A stretch of DNA of 61,049 bases, filler included, from Basidiobolus meristosporus CBS 931.73 (taxonomy: Eukaryota; Fungi; Basidiobolomycota), in assembly GCA_002104905.1 (NCBI GenBank). It is 3 parts of 3 records of this genome, joined end to end, with 100 filler letters (N's around TTAATTAATTAA, not from the genome) between each part and the next. Parts side by side here need not be neighbours in the genome. Positions count along the whole stretch, not along the records: positions 1 to 26,021 come from MCFE01000921.1; positions 26,122 to 52,259 come from MCFE01000919.1; 1 more part is not named here. The stretch is one strand, 5' to 3'. A model generated the notes under the pieces. That model saw only the letters and a program-made list of their open reading frames with translations. It was not told where the DNA came from and did not search any database. A program made the translations under genes and the position numbers. This document shows positions 12,701 to 26,264 of this stretch, one piece after another; position 1 is the stretch's first letter, and each line of letters starts with the position of its first letter.

Positions 12701-13374
12701 TTTCTTATTTGGAATCTCTGAGTATTGAAAGGAGTAATGCTGACTATGGTATATACTATAAGCCAGATAGAACTAATACAGTTCTTTTAGCTCTATATGT
12801 GGATAATCCTATTATAGCTGCTGGTAACCTAGCAACATTGGAAGAGACTAAATCCAGCCTATCTAAGGGGTTCAAGATGTCCAATCTAGGAGAACTCAGT
12901 TACTACACAGGGATTAAGTTTGCCATAGACAGAAGTACCATGACTATCACCCTAAGCCAATCCAAGTATATTCAAGATATACTAAAGAAGTATCAAATGG
13001 AAGACTGTAAACCAGCAGCTACCCCAATGGAGACAAGCCTTAACTTGGTCAAAACTCAACCATATCAAGCAAGCTTGGTGCCATCTGAAAGCCCTGACTT
13101 TCCTTACCAATTTATGGTTGGCAGTTTGATGCTGATTGGGGACAAAATTTGGAAGATTGAAGATCCACATCAGGATACACATTTCATTACTGTAAAGGAG
13201 CAATGCATGGAATTCAAGGAAACAACCAACTGTAGCACTTTCTACCACAGAGGCAGAGTATGTAGCAGCCTGTGAAGCTACAAAAGAGGCAATGTGGTTA
13301 AGGAAGCTTTTTGAAGATTAAGGCTTATGCCAAAAAACACCAATTACAGTATTTCAAGATAATCAAGGATGTGT
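9789..13374 (+). mobile_element. Decayed copia copy, integrase core deleted, cut off in RNase H by family X
   Basis: 5' LTR 9789-10138, primer site GATTATGAGCCC, broken gag-pol ORFs 10095-13275; copia homology stops at GATAATCAAGGATGTGT where an X terminus begins. Confidence 0.92.
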
Positions 13375-14565
13375 CCTTACGAGAAATTATTGTGATGATC
13401 CTGTCAAATGGCTGCCAGAGATTCTAAGTCCTGAGACTAAGAGGTATTGATACCATCAGGACACCATGCAAAGACTGTTAAAAAATAATTGCACACCAGA
13501 TATCATCAAAAACTTGGTCAAAATTTTTCATCACAACAATACAAAAGTGGCTTTTGATTGGTTCTCTGCCAATTTTCTCACTTTCTGATCCCAGACACAC
13601 TATCACTTCCTATGTTTGTAGCATTGATTGGTTATTGCCTCTTTTCACACTCCTTACTACCTGACTCAACTGTTTCTCTTATTTTTCATGCATGCAAATT
13701 GATTTATTTTCATTGAAGCTTTAGTTGTACTTCAATTGCCAATTGTATTGACCTATACAAGTCCCTATACCCTACACTAACATTAAGCACAACCCCACAC
13801 TTAACAAGTACCTCCATCAAAATTGACAACTCAATAAGTATTTCTGCTGTCACTCTCTGCTTCCACAACTTTGGCAGAAACCCCATGGCTTTATGCCAAT
13901 GTTCATTCACTGGTTCCCATATGTCCTGGTCTTTGGCTGGCACTGCATGGTCTAGCACCTCATCTGCCAGTCTTTGCAATAAGTCCTTGCAAAATTCAAG
14001 TGCATTTTTCTGAGCACTGCTCTTGAAGAAGTGCTGCAACCACTTGGTGTGCCTATTAATGTTCCAAAATTCCACCAACGGCATTGTGATAGCCTTTTGA
14101 GTTCTTGACATTGATACTTTGTCTGTCAGTGGGATCTCCACCCTGTTAATAATGGAGGATGTGTAGGCTGTGGTACACAAATTGCTGTTCTCTGCAAACC
14201 CATCTACCTCACTAGAGTGTAGCCCAACTGGATGTGCTTCCAACTCTTATGCATATTGCGGTAGTCTTGTTGGTAATTTTTCTTGGCTGTGGTGGGATTC
14301 AGTCTGCTCTAGGCTTGCATTGTCAGTTGGCAAAAACTGCAGCTTTTTTCTTATGCTTCCCTGTCTCTGACATGCATAGACTTTTTCCCCTCAACCTTTT
14401 CCTTTATCACTGCCAAGTCTTTGACTGCTACTTTGTCTGAGAGCTTCTTGTATTGAACTATGTTTCCTCCTTGATAAATACTGTGCTGACACATCTGTTT
14501 TGGCCTTCTTGTCCCTTGCTGGCACTCTGCAGACAACCTGACACTTCTTTCCCACTTGTTTCAAG

Positions 14566-14951
14566 CTTGAATATCTTAGGCCAAATTTGGACTAGTCAGT
14601 ATGAACATTTAGCTGAGTGAGAGTGTTGTAAAAGTTTGTAATTCCTCCTAAGTACTCACCTAACTTAGTTACTTAGAGCATTACCTTCAAATCCTAGAGA
14701 ATACTGACCAAATTCCTTGTTGGGATTTACTTAGAATATTTTCACCAAAATACCAAACACCCAGAACATCAAAATTCTAAAAGTTGTCCAAACAGCTCCA
14801 AACTTTGCACACATGTTCTTGGGACCTTCCCCAGCCTATTCTGGATGTTTGTTATGCCAAGACCATGTAAAAGTATAAATACTACTTTTACATTCAATAA
14901 ATTGCTAAGTGAGAACTACATTCTCTGATTATCTCCAAGACTCTTACAACA
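14566..14951 (+). mobile_element. 3' tip and 3' LTR (14624-14951) of a separate copia copy
   Basis: Last pol codons, polypurine tract and LTR; right flank GCAAG is family X sequence and does not match the GTTTC flank of the 9789 copy. Confidence 0.8.
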
Positions 14952-15091
14952 GCAAGCCTCTCAGCCATGAAGCATGCAGAGTGCCTAGGGAGTATTACAA
15001 GGATCATGGCCAGTGTTTTGCCACACAAGTCATATTTTAACCATTCACCAGCCATTAGTGTACCAACAAAATCTTGCCAGTCACTTGATAC

Positions 15092-18000
15092 TGTTGTGAA
15101 AATTTGTATTTCCACCTAAATATTCATCTAGCATAGTCACCTAGATCATGACCTTCATATCCTAGAGAATACTGACCAAATTCCTTGTTGGGATTTACTT
15201 AGAATATTTTCACCAAAATACCAGGTACCCAGAACATCAAAATTATCAAAGTTGTCCAAACAGCCCCAAACTTTGCACACATGTTGTTGGGACCCTCCTT
15301 AGCCTATTCTACATGCTTGCTATGCCAAGACCTGGTAAAAGTATAAATACTACTTGTACATTCATTAAATCATTAAGTAATAACCACATAATGTACTTGC
15401 TCTCCCAATCACTTGCAATATCTCCAAGACTCTTGCAACAGGTTATGAGCCCCAAGCTGTCACTCTCTGCAATAGCTACTACTGCTATTACTGGAATTTT
15501 TCCCTCTGCTGAAAAGTTGGATGATCTAACTACCAAGTGTGGAAGGTGAAGATGAAGATGCTGCTACAAGAAAGAGTCCCTTGGAATATTGTCATGGGAG
15601 AAGAATGCCCTCCTAAAAACATGGGAGAGGAAGCCTTAAAGTACCAGAAGAAAGAACAAAGTGCCTTTAACTGCATCTGCCTTAATGTTAAAGACAAATT
15701 GCTAATTCAATGCTCAAGAACAAAAACAGCAAATAATGTCTGAAAGGCACTAGAAGACACCTACCAGTCATGTTCAGCTGCTAAGAAAAAGTATCTGAGA
15801 CAAAAATTCTTACTACAAAGATGCTGCCAGGAGAAGAAATGAAAAATACAATTAGTAGAATTGCCCTGCTGGTAGATGAGATGGAATCAGTGGGTGTACC
15901 AACTACTGATGAGGATGTGATAGTTACCATCCAGAGTAGCCTGACAGACAAGTTTCAGGGCCTTGTATCAGCCGTAGAGTCCAGAACTGAAGATTTGACC
16001 TTAAATTACGTATATGGAAGGCTCCTGGATGAAGAATTAAGAATATCAAGAGCCAATTAGAAGGAAGAAGAAAATGCTTTAATAAGCAATGATAGCCAAC
16101 AAAGGAGGTACCCAGACCCTACAAAGGCAACAGCAACCTGTTTTGCAGCTACTGCAAAAGGAAAGGACATACATCAGACGGGAGTCTCAAAAAGAGAGAT
16201 TATCAGCAAAAGTAGCCTGAATATGGAAATACTGCAACAACTGAAGATACACTATTTATATCTGCACTAAATACAACCACAAACAAGGATTCTCAGACAT
16301 GGTATATTGACTCTGGAGCTTTCAACACTTTACACACCAAAAAGAACTTTTTACCCAATATCAAGAAATTCCAATTAAGAAGGTTTTCATGAGTGACAAT
16401 AGAACACTTGACGCAGTGGGAGAAGGAACTATCCAAGTAAACCTTAGAAGCAGTGAAGGAAGCCATACACTGACCTTTAAAGAAGCACTCTATGTGCCAG
16501 AAATAGCCAAGAACCAATTATCTGTAAGCAAGGCCACAGCAGGAGGACTCAGTCTTGGTTTTGACAACTCTGGATGCAGGATCACTGATCAAAATGGTGC
16601 CCATATTGCTTCAGGCATCAGAGATCAGAATCTATACAAGTTGACTTATATTCCATCATATCTGGAAGCCAATATAAGTAACTTAAGTGAAGAAACACAA
16701 ATGCTTTGGCACAGGAGATTTGGACACATCCATTTCATTGTTTGAATAAAATGATCAAAGATCAGCTAATATCTGGAGTGAAAATTGATCCCCCATATAA
16801 TTTGGAGCACTGTGACGCCTGCATATATGGGAAACAAGCCAGACAACTGCTCAAGAGCTCTTGGCTAATTGAAAATAAGAAGAAATTAGATCTAATTCAC
16901 TCAGATCTGTGTGGACCTATGCAAGATTTATTCTTAGGCATGATGAAGTATTTAATCACTTTTATTGAAGATTATACAAGATACACATGGGTCTACCTCA
17001 TGGAGAGAAAGGAAGTAGCTCTGTCTAAGCTCAGGGAGTTTAAAGCCATGGTGGAGAGAGAAACTGGTGAAAAAATCAAGAAAATACGCTCTGACAATGG
17101 TGGAGAATATACCTCAAAACTCTTCATCCACATCTGCAAAATTTATGGGATAGAGCAAGAGACTACTGTACCATACTCCCCACAGCAAAATGAAGTAGTA
17201 GAACGTGCTAACAGATCAATAATTGATATGGTAAGATCTATGATACATGATCAAAAATTATCCTATGATTTTTGTGTGGAATCAGTTGCCACAGCTGTAT
17301 ACCTTAAGAATAGGAGTTATAACAGAATACTTTGTGCTTCTATTCCATTTGAAGCATGGTATGGATACAGACCAAGTGCAGAACATCTGAGAATATTTGG
17401 GTGTATAGCATATGCCAAAAAACTGGCCGGAAATCAGTCAAAATTTGAGCCAAAAGGTGTAAAATGCATATTTTTGGGCTACTGCAATGCAAGTAAGGCA
17501 TACAGACTCTACAATACCAAAGCAAAGAAGCTGATCAAGTCCAGGGATGTGTTGTTTGATGAAAACCCAAATGTTCACAAAAAATGACATCAGATAATGA
17601 CAAAAATTTGATCTCAAGTCCACCAACTGTCAGGATTGAATCGGAGCCAAACAATGTAACTTTTTTCACTCCAGAGGACTCTACAACTATGGTTCAGCCA
17701 GAATCAGTGCCCAAGAATATCCCAGAAGTGATCATTCCAGTATCAAATGCCTGGAGATCTAATTGGACAAGAAATAGCCCAGGTTACCATATCATTGAGG
17801 GTACAAACTTAGCCTATGCCTATTCAGTCCATATTGATGTACCCCAGACTGTAAAAAGGCCCTAAATAGCCCTCAGATGAAGTTTTGGAGATCTGCAATG
17901 ACTGAGGAATATCAGGCCCTGATGGAATATCAATCTTGGGACTTAGTTGAATTACCAATCATCCAAAAATCAATTGGATGCAGACGGGTCTTCAAGACAA

Positions 18001-19601
18001 AATACAAGGCTGATGGTACAATTGAAAGATTAAAAGCAAGACTTGTAGCCAAAGAATACTCTCAAACAAAAGGACTTGAATATACTGAGACCTTTATACT
18101 GGTAGCCAAGTTTAATTCCATCAGATTAATATTGGCTATTGCAGCCAAATATAAGTTTATTATTCATCAAATGTATGTAAAAACTGCATTTTTGAATGGA
18201 GATCCGGATGAGGACATGTATATGGACCAGCCTGATGGGTTTGTTGACCAAGATAACCCCCATTTGGTCTGCAAGCTTAAAAAGTCACTATATGGTCTCA
18301 AACAATCACCAAGAGCCTGGATTTGCAAGATAGATTCTTATTTGGAATCTTTGAGTTCACAGGAGTAATGCTGACTATAGTATATACTATAAGCCAGATA
18401 GAGCAAATCCAGCTCTATTAGCCCTATATGTGGATGATCTTATTATAGCCACCAATAACCTAGAAACATTGGAAGAGACAAAATCCAGCCTATCAGAGGA
18501 GTTCAAGATGTCCAATCTAGGAGAACTCAGTTACTACTTAGGGATCAAGTTCTCCATAGACAGAAGTACCCAGACTATTACCCCAAGCCAATCCAAGTAT
18601 ATTCAGGATATACTAAAGAAGTACAGAATGGAAGACTGTAAACCGGCATCTACTCCAGTGGAGACAAACCTTAACTTGGTCAAAATCAAGTTAAGCGGAT
18701 TTTTAGATACCTAAAAGGAGCTGCTGATATCTGCTTAAGATACACTTATAAGGATCCAGAACAGGAGCTTGCGGGATACTCTGATGCTGATTGGGAACAA
18801 AGCTTGGACAACAGAAGATCCACCACAGGTTACACCTTTCTTTACTGTAAAGGAGCAATTTCATGGAATTCAAGAAAGCAACCAACTGTAGCACTTTTGA
18901 CCACCAAGGCAGAGTACATGTCAGCCTGTTAAGCTACAAAAGAAGTAATGTGGCTAAGAAAGCTTCTTACAGATTTAGGCTTATGTCAAAAAACGCCTAT
19001 TACTTTATTTCAAGATAATCACGGATGTATACAATTATGTAGAAATCCAGCTTTTCATGCTAGAACAAAGCACATAAATATTAGACGTCATTTCATACAT
19101 GAAGCTATAGAGAATAACTTAGTTAGCTTAGTTTACTGTCCTTCAGATGAAATGATTGCAGACATATTTACCAAACCACTAGCTAGAGACAAGTTTGAAT
19201 ATCTTAGGTCAAAATTAGGATTAGTCAGTATGAACATTTAGCTGAGTGGGAGTGTTATAAAAGCTTGTATTTCCACCTAAATACTCACTCAACTTAGTCA
19301 CTTAGATCATTACCTTCATATCCAAGAGAATACTGACCAAATTTCTTGTTGGGATTTACTTAGAATATTTTCACCAAAATACCAGGTACCCAGAACATCA
19401 AAATTCTAAAAGTTGTCCAAACAGCCCCAAATTTTGCACACATGTTGTTGGGACCTTTCTTAACCTATTCTATGTGGTTGTTATGCCAAGAGCAGGTAAA
19501 AGTATAAATACTACTTTTACATTCAATAAATCATTAAGTGATAACCACATAATCTACTTGTTCTCCCAATCACTTCCAATATCTCCAAGACTCTTACAAC
19601 A
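15092..19601 (+). mobile_element. Full-length decayed copia copy
   Basis: LTRs 15092-15440 and 19253-19601; TSD GATAC (15087-15091, 19602-19606); frameshifted gag-pol with a deletion in the RT C-terminus; family X transposase sequence is continuous across the TSD. Confidence 0.96.
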
Positions 19602-20042
19602 GATACTTCTATAATGGAACCTGGCTGTACTGGTCACCTTGCAAAAACTGAGTCAGGAGAGTTTGCAATGCCTTTAGGCTCACCCCAGCCTTCTGAATAT
19701 GGAATGCAGATTAATAGCTCTGAAGAAGCAGACTCACTGATGGATTGTGTGCCTATCATCCCTGACACCAGTACCCTGCATGAGACTGGCAAAATCCCAT
19801 TTTGGAATGAGACAACACCTGTAGCAAAAAATGCCAAGGATACTTTATGGAGTCAAGCATACCCAGTATTCCATCAACTAGTGAATGATGTGATGTTGTG
19901 GCCAGAGAAGTGGTGTGGTTTCACTAATATCAGTAATGGGGGCTTTGATGACTTACTACTACTTCTTGCCAAAATCATCATGCAATGCAACTTGCAACAT
20001 ACATGGTATAAAGGAAAACCATCATGTGACTGGCAATATTTG

Positions 20043-21470
20043 CCCTATGCAAAATTATTGTAATGATCCTGTCAAAAGGCCATCACAAATTTACAGTCCT
20101 GTGACTAAGAGGTACTGATCCCATCAAGAAACTCTTCAGAGACAGTTGAAAAACAATTGCACCCCAGATTTCACAAAAAACTTATTCAAAATTTTCCTTT
20201 GCCATAATAAATAAGTGGCATTTGATTGGTTCCCTGCCAATTTGCTCACTTTCTGATCCTGAACACTCTACTACCTCTTACATATGTGTGCATTGATTGG
20301 CTATTGCCTCTTTTTCAAACTCCTTACTTCCTGACTCCGCCATTTCTCATACTTTTCATGTGTACATTTTGATTTATTTCTATTGAAACCTCAGTTGTAC
20401 CTTATTTGCCAATTGTATTGACCTAGAAAAGTCCCTATGCCCTACACTTACAATAAGCACAACCCAACACTTAATATGTAACTCTATCAAAATCAACCAT
20501 GCAATAAATATTTCTGCTATAACACTCTGGCTCCACAACTTTGGCAGGAGCCCATCAGCTTTATGCCACTGTTTATTTGCTGGCACCCATATGTCCTGGT
20601 CTTCAGCTAGCACTGCAAGGTCTAGCACCTCATCTGCCAGTCATTGCAGTAAATTCTTGCAATAGTGAAGTGCATTTTCTTCGGTACTGCTCTTAAAGAA
20701 GCGCTGCAACCTCTTGGTGTGTCTATTAATGTTCTAAAATTCCACTGAAGGCATCTTAATAGTCTTTTGAGTTCTTGATGTTGTAGCTTTGACTGTCAGT
20801 GAAATCTCAACTCTGTCAACCATGGATGATATAGAGACTGTGGTAGACAAATTGCCTTATTTAGCAAACTCATCTACCTTGCTGGAGTGTAGCTCAACTG
20901 GCTGCACTTTCAGCTTTGGTGAAAACAGCTGTTTTCTTGTTGATAATTCTTCTTAGGTATGATAGGATTCAGTCTGTTCTGGGCTTGTGGCGTTAATTGG
21001 CCAGAACTGTAGTTTTTTTTGCATGCTTCCCTGTTGCAGGCTTGGGTAGACATTTTCCCTTTACCTTTTCCTTTATCACTGCCAGGTCTTTCACTGCTAC
21101 ATTGACTGAGTGCTTCTTGAGTGGTACTACTCTTTTTCCTTGATAAATATTGTGCGGGTACATCCATGTCTGCCTGCTTCTCCCTGATTGGCACTCTTCC
21201 AGCACCTGACACCTCTTTGATGCTTGTCTGGAGCTTTCAGCCCTGCTAGTAATGGGCTCTTGAGGAAACTGCCAGTTCTTAGCCATGGCACCCTTGTTCT
21301 TATGCCTTTGATAGTTTCTGGTATTCTTAAGATACTTTCTTAGCATACCAATGCTGGCCCAGAATCTGTTTGCCTGTTTGAATCCAGGAAATACTCATGG
21401 AACAAGTCAAGTGCATTCTGTTTGGCATTGAGTTCCTGATGGTACTATGGTATGCCAGCTTTAAAATGAT
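20043..21470 (-). mobile_element. Family X copy (terminus plus ORF2 remnant) inserted in the transposase of another X copy
   Basis: CCCTATGCAAAATTATTG terminus at 20043; ORF2 domain DQDIWVPANKQWHKADGLLPKLW at 20380-20628 (-). Right boundary approximate. Confidence 0.8.
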
Positions 21471-21479
21471 GGCATGCTA

Positions 21480-22697
21480 GATTTCTGACTGTATCTTGAA
21501 TATTAGCCCACTCTTCATTATTGCACTCAGCAGCTTCACAGATCTTCAATATCTTTTGATTTTTAGGCTTTAGTATAAACACCACATCTTCACCCTCCCA
21601 TACTGTGATAGATTTTTCTTTGGGCTTTATCTTTGGGCACTGTTGTTGTGAGTTTGCAATAGCCTTGAGCCACCAATTAAGCATTGTTCTTATCTATGGT
21701 ACCATTTATGGTAATCTTGATCTTGCAGATCCCTATTTAGAAAGGCTCTTTGGATGTCTATTTGGCTTAGATCTGAATTGTGTACAGCTCCTAGGGCTAC
21801 AATTGTCCAATCAGAGTTCAACTTGGCCACCGGAGTAAAAGATCCCTTATAGTCTTTTCCCAGGGGCTGGGAACAGCTTTCAGCCACTAATCTAGCTTTG
21901 TACTGATCAACAAAAGCACCTCAGGCTGTCTTGATATTAAAGACCCATCTACATCTCATTGGCTTTCTCCCATTTGGTGAGTTTACTAGTTCCAACATTT
22001 TTGCCTTGATCACTGACTGAAGCTCCACCTTTATGGCTTGTTGCCACAAACTGGACTCTTCATTGCCTGTTCTGTATTCTGACTATGGCACATAAAGCTA
22101 GATAAGCTTCTTCATGGTTATTGAAGGCCTGGCAACATGGACCAGGGGTGCTCCTTATTCTGATAGATCTCCTAACTGTGATAATCTTGGATCTGGAACT
22201 GGTAGATATCTGGCTATATTGGGTGTGTATCTTCTTCATTAATGGTGATGACATCATCAGCCAAAGGTCAAAAATCTCAGTGGCTTTCTGATCTGAATTC
22301 TCCTCAAATATATTGTCCCTGCTCTTGATCAACTTTAGAGTTTTGCCATCATACACTCTACACCTGTTAGTATCTTCACAATAACCAAGGATGCTCCCTT
22401 TTCTACTTTTTAGCTCTAACTTTGAGCATTTTTTGTCAGAGATGTGATAGAAATCATCACTGCCAAAGATCCTGAAGCACTGGAAGTCTGACTTTTGCCT
22501 GTGTATGCTTCAAAGTGTGTAAAATCAGGTAGTACTGTTGTTTGGCATCAATTCTTGATGTATACTGCAGCGGCAATAGGTTCAGCCCCAAATATGTGGA
22601 CCTTCCCTGTATTATTTGGCATATATCTTCCCACTGCCACTATTGCACTATTTGCATGTTCTGCTACTCCATTTTGCTATTGAGTATATTGGACCGT
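21480..22697 (-). pseudogene. Highly decayed copia pol fragment of a more distant family
   Basis: Minus-strand remnants resembling QNGVAE (integrase), LIKSRD..FEE, PVAKLNS and DIQRAFLN (RT). Boundaries approximate. Confidence 0.7.
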
Positions 22698-23773
22698 TGT
22701 AGTGGGGTGACAGTGACACCCACTGACAGATGTGCTCATTCCCTTATTTTCTACTTCCCTATATCCCTACTACACTCATTTTAGTTTTATCCCATTTGTC
22801 TTACCCAATCAGTACTATCCCATAAGCCGGTTGACTATCACACCTGCTTACCTTATTGCATAAGTTACCCCTCACTTTATGTAAGATTACTAGTTACAAG
22901 TGCTTCTATATTATGCAAGTACCCGCGCCAGTACCCGTGACACATGATCAACCCGTGACACCATCCCTACCATTCCCATACCATATATGGTATCCCCATG
23001 TTACACAGGTTTCAGAATACTGATTCCTGATTGGTTGGATGTGCTGTGCCTCTTAGAACCTTCCGGCACCTACTTAGAACATTCTTAGGTCATTCTGATG
23101 TCATTAAGATTTCTATTGAACTCCGGAACCTTCTAGAACACCATGATTAGTAATCACTTAGCCAGTGAAGAAAAGAATATAAGGGAGGCTATCCCTCAAC
23201 AATAAATCATCATCCCTTTTATCAATATACCGACTTGTTGATTAGTGTGATCACTGCTACCTGCTGCTACCTGAACTTCCAACCCTAGACCACAGGACAC
23301 TCCCAGGAAACCGCGCTGACAGCCAACTGACCTTGGAGGCACTACTTGTGAGGAATACTCAGAGTAGGTATCTTTTATTATATTTGATTCTTTCCCAAGT
23401 TTGTTCTTGTACAGGCAAAGATACTTTTCTGTCTTTGTAACTATTGACCAAAGCTGCATTCTTATCAAGTCCCTGCTGGTGGAGTTTACAGTTGTTTTGA
23501 CTTTGGAAGCTTTAGTACATTGTCATCTCAAAGGACGCTGAACCCAGCACATACTTTTGTTAAGACGCCAACTAAGTTGGGGATTGTAGCTCAATAGTTT
23601 TCCCTTGACAAGCTTGTGGCTTTATTCCCCTTCACATTAGATTAGAGACAGAACCCAAGTATTCCTAGCAAGCTTTTGCCAGAGGTTATTGCACCCAGTG
23701 AACACCCCACACACAAAACACTTGAGAAGTGTTGGACGTATCTCTCCCTTGGACTTATACACCACCACATAAT

Positions 23774-23791
23774 TGGCACCCAACGTGGGGG
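23774..23791 (+). promoter_or_regulatory. Primer-binding site complementary to the tRNA-Lys(CUU) 3' end
   Basis: TGGCACCCAACGTGGGGG versus the known tRNA-Lys1,2 site TGGCGCCCAACGTGGGGC; the internal difference is a CpG-to-CpA change. Confidence 0.85.
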
Positions 23792-23909
23792 GTTCATACA
23801 AGCTCCCTAGGACCCAACAAGATTTACCTGAAGATTTGAGCTGTTATCCACCTATTGAAAAGAGACTACCGATATTACCAAGATTACAACACCAACCTAC
23901 CTGCCCAAC

Positions 23910-26021
23910 ATGAACTCTATGCCATTACCACTCTCACATGGAGCCCCACAGTTTGATGGAAAGAATGTGGAGAGCTTCATATTCAAATGGGAGAAGCTCT
24001 GCAAGATGTGCAGCCTATCTGAACAAGAAATGGCTGAAGACTTCCCCTACTACTGCACCGATGATATTACCACTAAGCTTCTCAGACAAGGAGACATTCT
24101 CACTGACTGGGCCTTAATGAAGACCTACCTACAGACCAAGTATGGTAGACCCCAGATATACTATGGAATTGAAGATCTCAGGCACTTTGGAAGAACTGGA
24201 CTTTCCAAGCTACCACTTGAAGAGTTCATTCAACAGTATGAAGATATGGCCAAGCCACTCCTAGAGTCCCAGGCTATAACTGAGTTTACCATGACACTTT
24301 ACCTTGCACAAGGGCTTCCCCAGGACTTGGCAAGGAAAGTTGACTTACATGCTGCCAAGGATGACAAGTCTGGCATTCCTTGCTTTGCAGAGGTGAAACG
24401 TGTTCTCCTAGAGGCAAAGCAAACTTCTACCTTTATGAGACTCCTGACATCTAATCTGCCAGACCAGTCAACCAAGGAGCCAAGGAGTGCTGCTGCTGAC
24501 AATCAGACCTACACTACCAACAGAATTGACCAACTTGCTGAACAGCTACAGAAGCTAGCCCTCAAGATTAATGGCTCTGCTGAGGTTGCTACTGAGGGAC
24601 AAAGACCTTTGCCCAGGCACTGCATCTGGTGTGACTCTACTCAGCATGCCAGACGAGAATGCTCAGAGCTTAGTCAGCTACTCAGAGAAGGAGCAGTACA
24701 GTTTGATGCTGATGGAATGCTTGCTGACAAGGAAGGAAGAAGGATTCCCACTAATTTCCGAAGAGGAGGGATGAGAGCCCTTTTCCAGAAATCTGACTCA
24801 GCAACCAGAAAGATTACTGTTGATGCCCCTATTGGGACACATAAAGTGAATCCAAGCAGCCCTGACAACAGACAATATGAAGTTGATGCCTTTGCTACCA
24901 AAAGACACCTCCCTGAAGAGCCTGCCAAACCCATTCTTAGAAGACCACGATTTGAAGAACCTGAAGTTGTTATTGACAAGAGGCCTAGTATGCTGCCCAC
25001 CCAAAATCCATCGCCTCACTTTCAGATGACCTCAAAGATAGCAAGCTACTCAAGCCCTCAACTGATTACTGAGAAGCTGCTGAAGCAGAACCTCACTTTG
25101 TCGGTTGGAGAAATCATGAGTGTATCCCCATCTGTTAGGAAGACCTTTGATGAGCAGCTTAGAACAAGACGACAAGCTGTTGAACATATGGACACTCATA
25201 TAATTCAGACAAACCATGAAGACCACCAAAAGGATGACAACACTACTGAATATAAGACCTTTTACTCAGTTGCAACTGCTGTGGTGAAAGGGTATATATA
25301 TGATGACCCTGTTGACTGCCATATTGACAGTGGCTCAGAGATTTGTGTTATGCCGCTAGACTTCTGGAAGACACTTAAAAGCAAGGAGCTACTGCCTGTT
25401 GATAGAGATATTGGATGGAACATGACCAATGCAAACTCAGGATCTAGTCCACTCTATGGTGTAGTACACAAGTTTCCTATTGAGGTACAAGGAATCAAGG
25501 TCTGGCTTCCCCTCTTCATCTGCCAGAAGGCAAACTTTGACCTTCTGCTAGGTAGACCATGGGAAACCAGTACTAAGGCTACAACTACCAACTATTCCGA
25601 TGGGTCAGTATGGTACACCATACAAGGATCCAATCCAGGACTACAGTCAACCTTCTGTGGTGTAACACCCAACAATAAGAGGACACATACTGCTTGCCAG
25701 AAGACACATCTTGTTATGGAAGAAGATGAAGAGCCTGACAATATACACCCCAACATTTGGAGCTGCTCATTAGGTATACAGGAGCAAACAGCTATGGTTC
25801 GAACAAAATACAAGACAGTAGAACAGAAGATTAGACCATCACTTACACCTTTGACTGATGGATCCCGACCTGCTGATTACATTAGACCACCAGAAGAAAC
25901 ACCAGATGATACACGACTTACACCTGAGAGACTTAAGCAACTTATCATTGGTGATGGAAACCTTACACCAGAGGAGATACTATTATTTAAGGAGACCTTG
26001 AAAAGGCATGATAAGGTCTTC
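23910..26021 (+). CDS. Ty3/gypsy Gag plus aspartic protease (partial)
   Basis: Open >700 codons; APQFDGKNV gag start, CIWCDSTQHARREC (CX2CX4HX4C), CHIDSGSEIC protease, DLLLGRPW, then RT entry region; truncated by N. Confidence 0.9.
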
Positions 26022-26121
26022 NNNNNNNNNNNNNNNNNNNNNNNNNNNNNNNNNNNNNNNNNNNNTTAATTAATTAANNNNNNNNNNNNNNNNNNNNNNN
26101 NNNNNNNNNNNNNNNNNNNNN
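26022..26121. other. Assembly gap with six-frame-stop linker
   Basis: 44 N + TTAATTAATTAA + 44 N. Confidence 0.98.
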
Positions 26122-26264
26122 CTGATTAGTTTGTATGCTGACTGAATCCATCTCACAAATCATCAGGGTAATCAGATAATTAGTTTTTCAGCTCTTCTGT
26201 AGGCAGCATCTTTCTAGTTAAGAGTTTCTGTGCATGATACATTTTCTTTGTGGCTGAGCATGAA

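Larger units (their letters stand above)
13375..20042. mobile_element. Family X copy (ORF2 on minus, transposase on plus) hosting two copia insertions and an internal deletion
   Basis: Terminus CCTTACGAGAAATTATTG at 13375; ORF2 remnant 13710-14560 (-); transposase N-terminal pieces at 14952-15091 and 19607-20042 match 39900-40520 in reverse. Confidence 0.85.
22698..26021 (+). mobile_element. Ty3/gypsy LTR retrotransposon, 5' half running into the assembly gap
   Basis: Putative 5' LTR 22698-23769 (TGTAGTGG...CCACCACA), primer site at 23774, then a long gag-protease ORF. No 3' LTR in view to confirm the LTR start. Confidence 0.85.

Noticed and set aside
14566-14951. Treating this as the 3' end of the 9789 copia
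   Set aside because: Flanks differ (GTTTC vs GCAAG) and the right flank is family X sequence, so it is a separate insertion.
26066-26077. TTAATTAATTAA palindrome centred in N runs (also 52304-52315)
   Set aside because: Identical 44N-12-44N layout twice; a six-frame-stop scaffolding linker. Adjacency across these gaps is not evidence.
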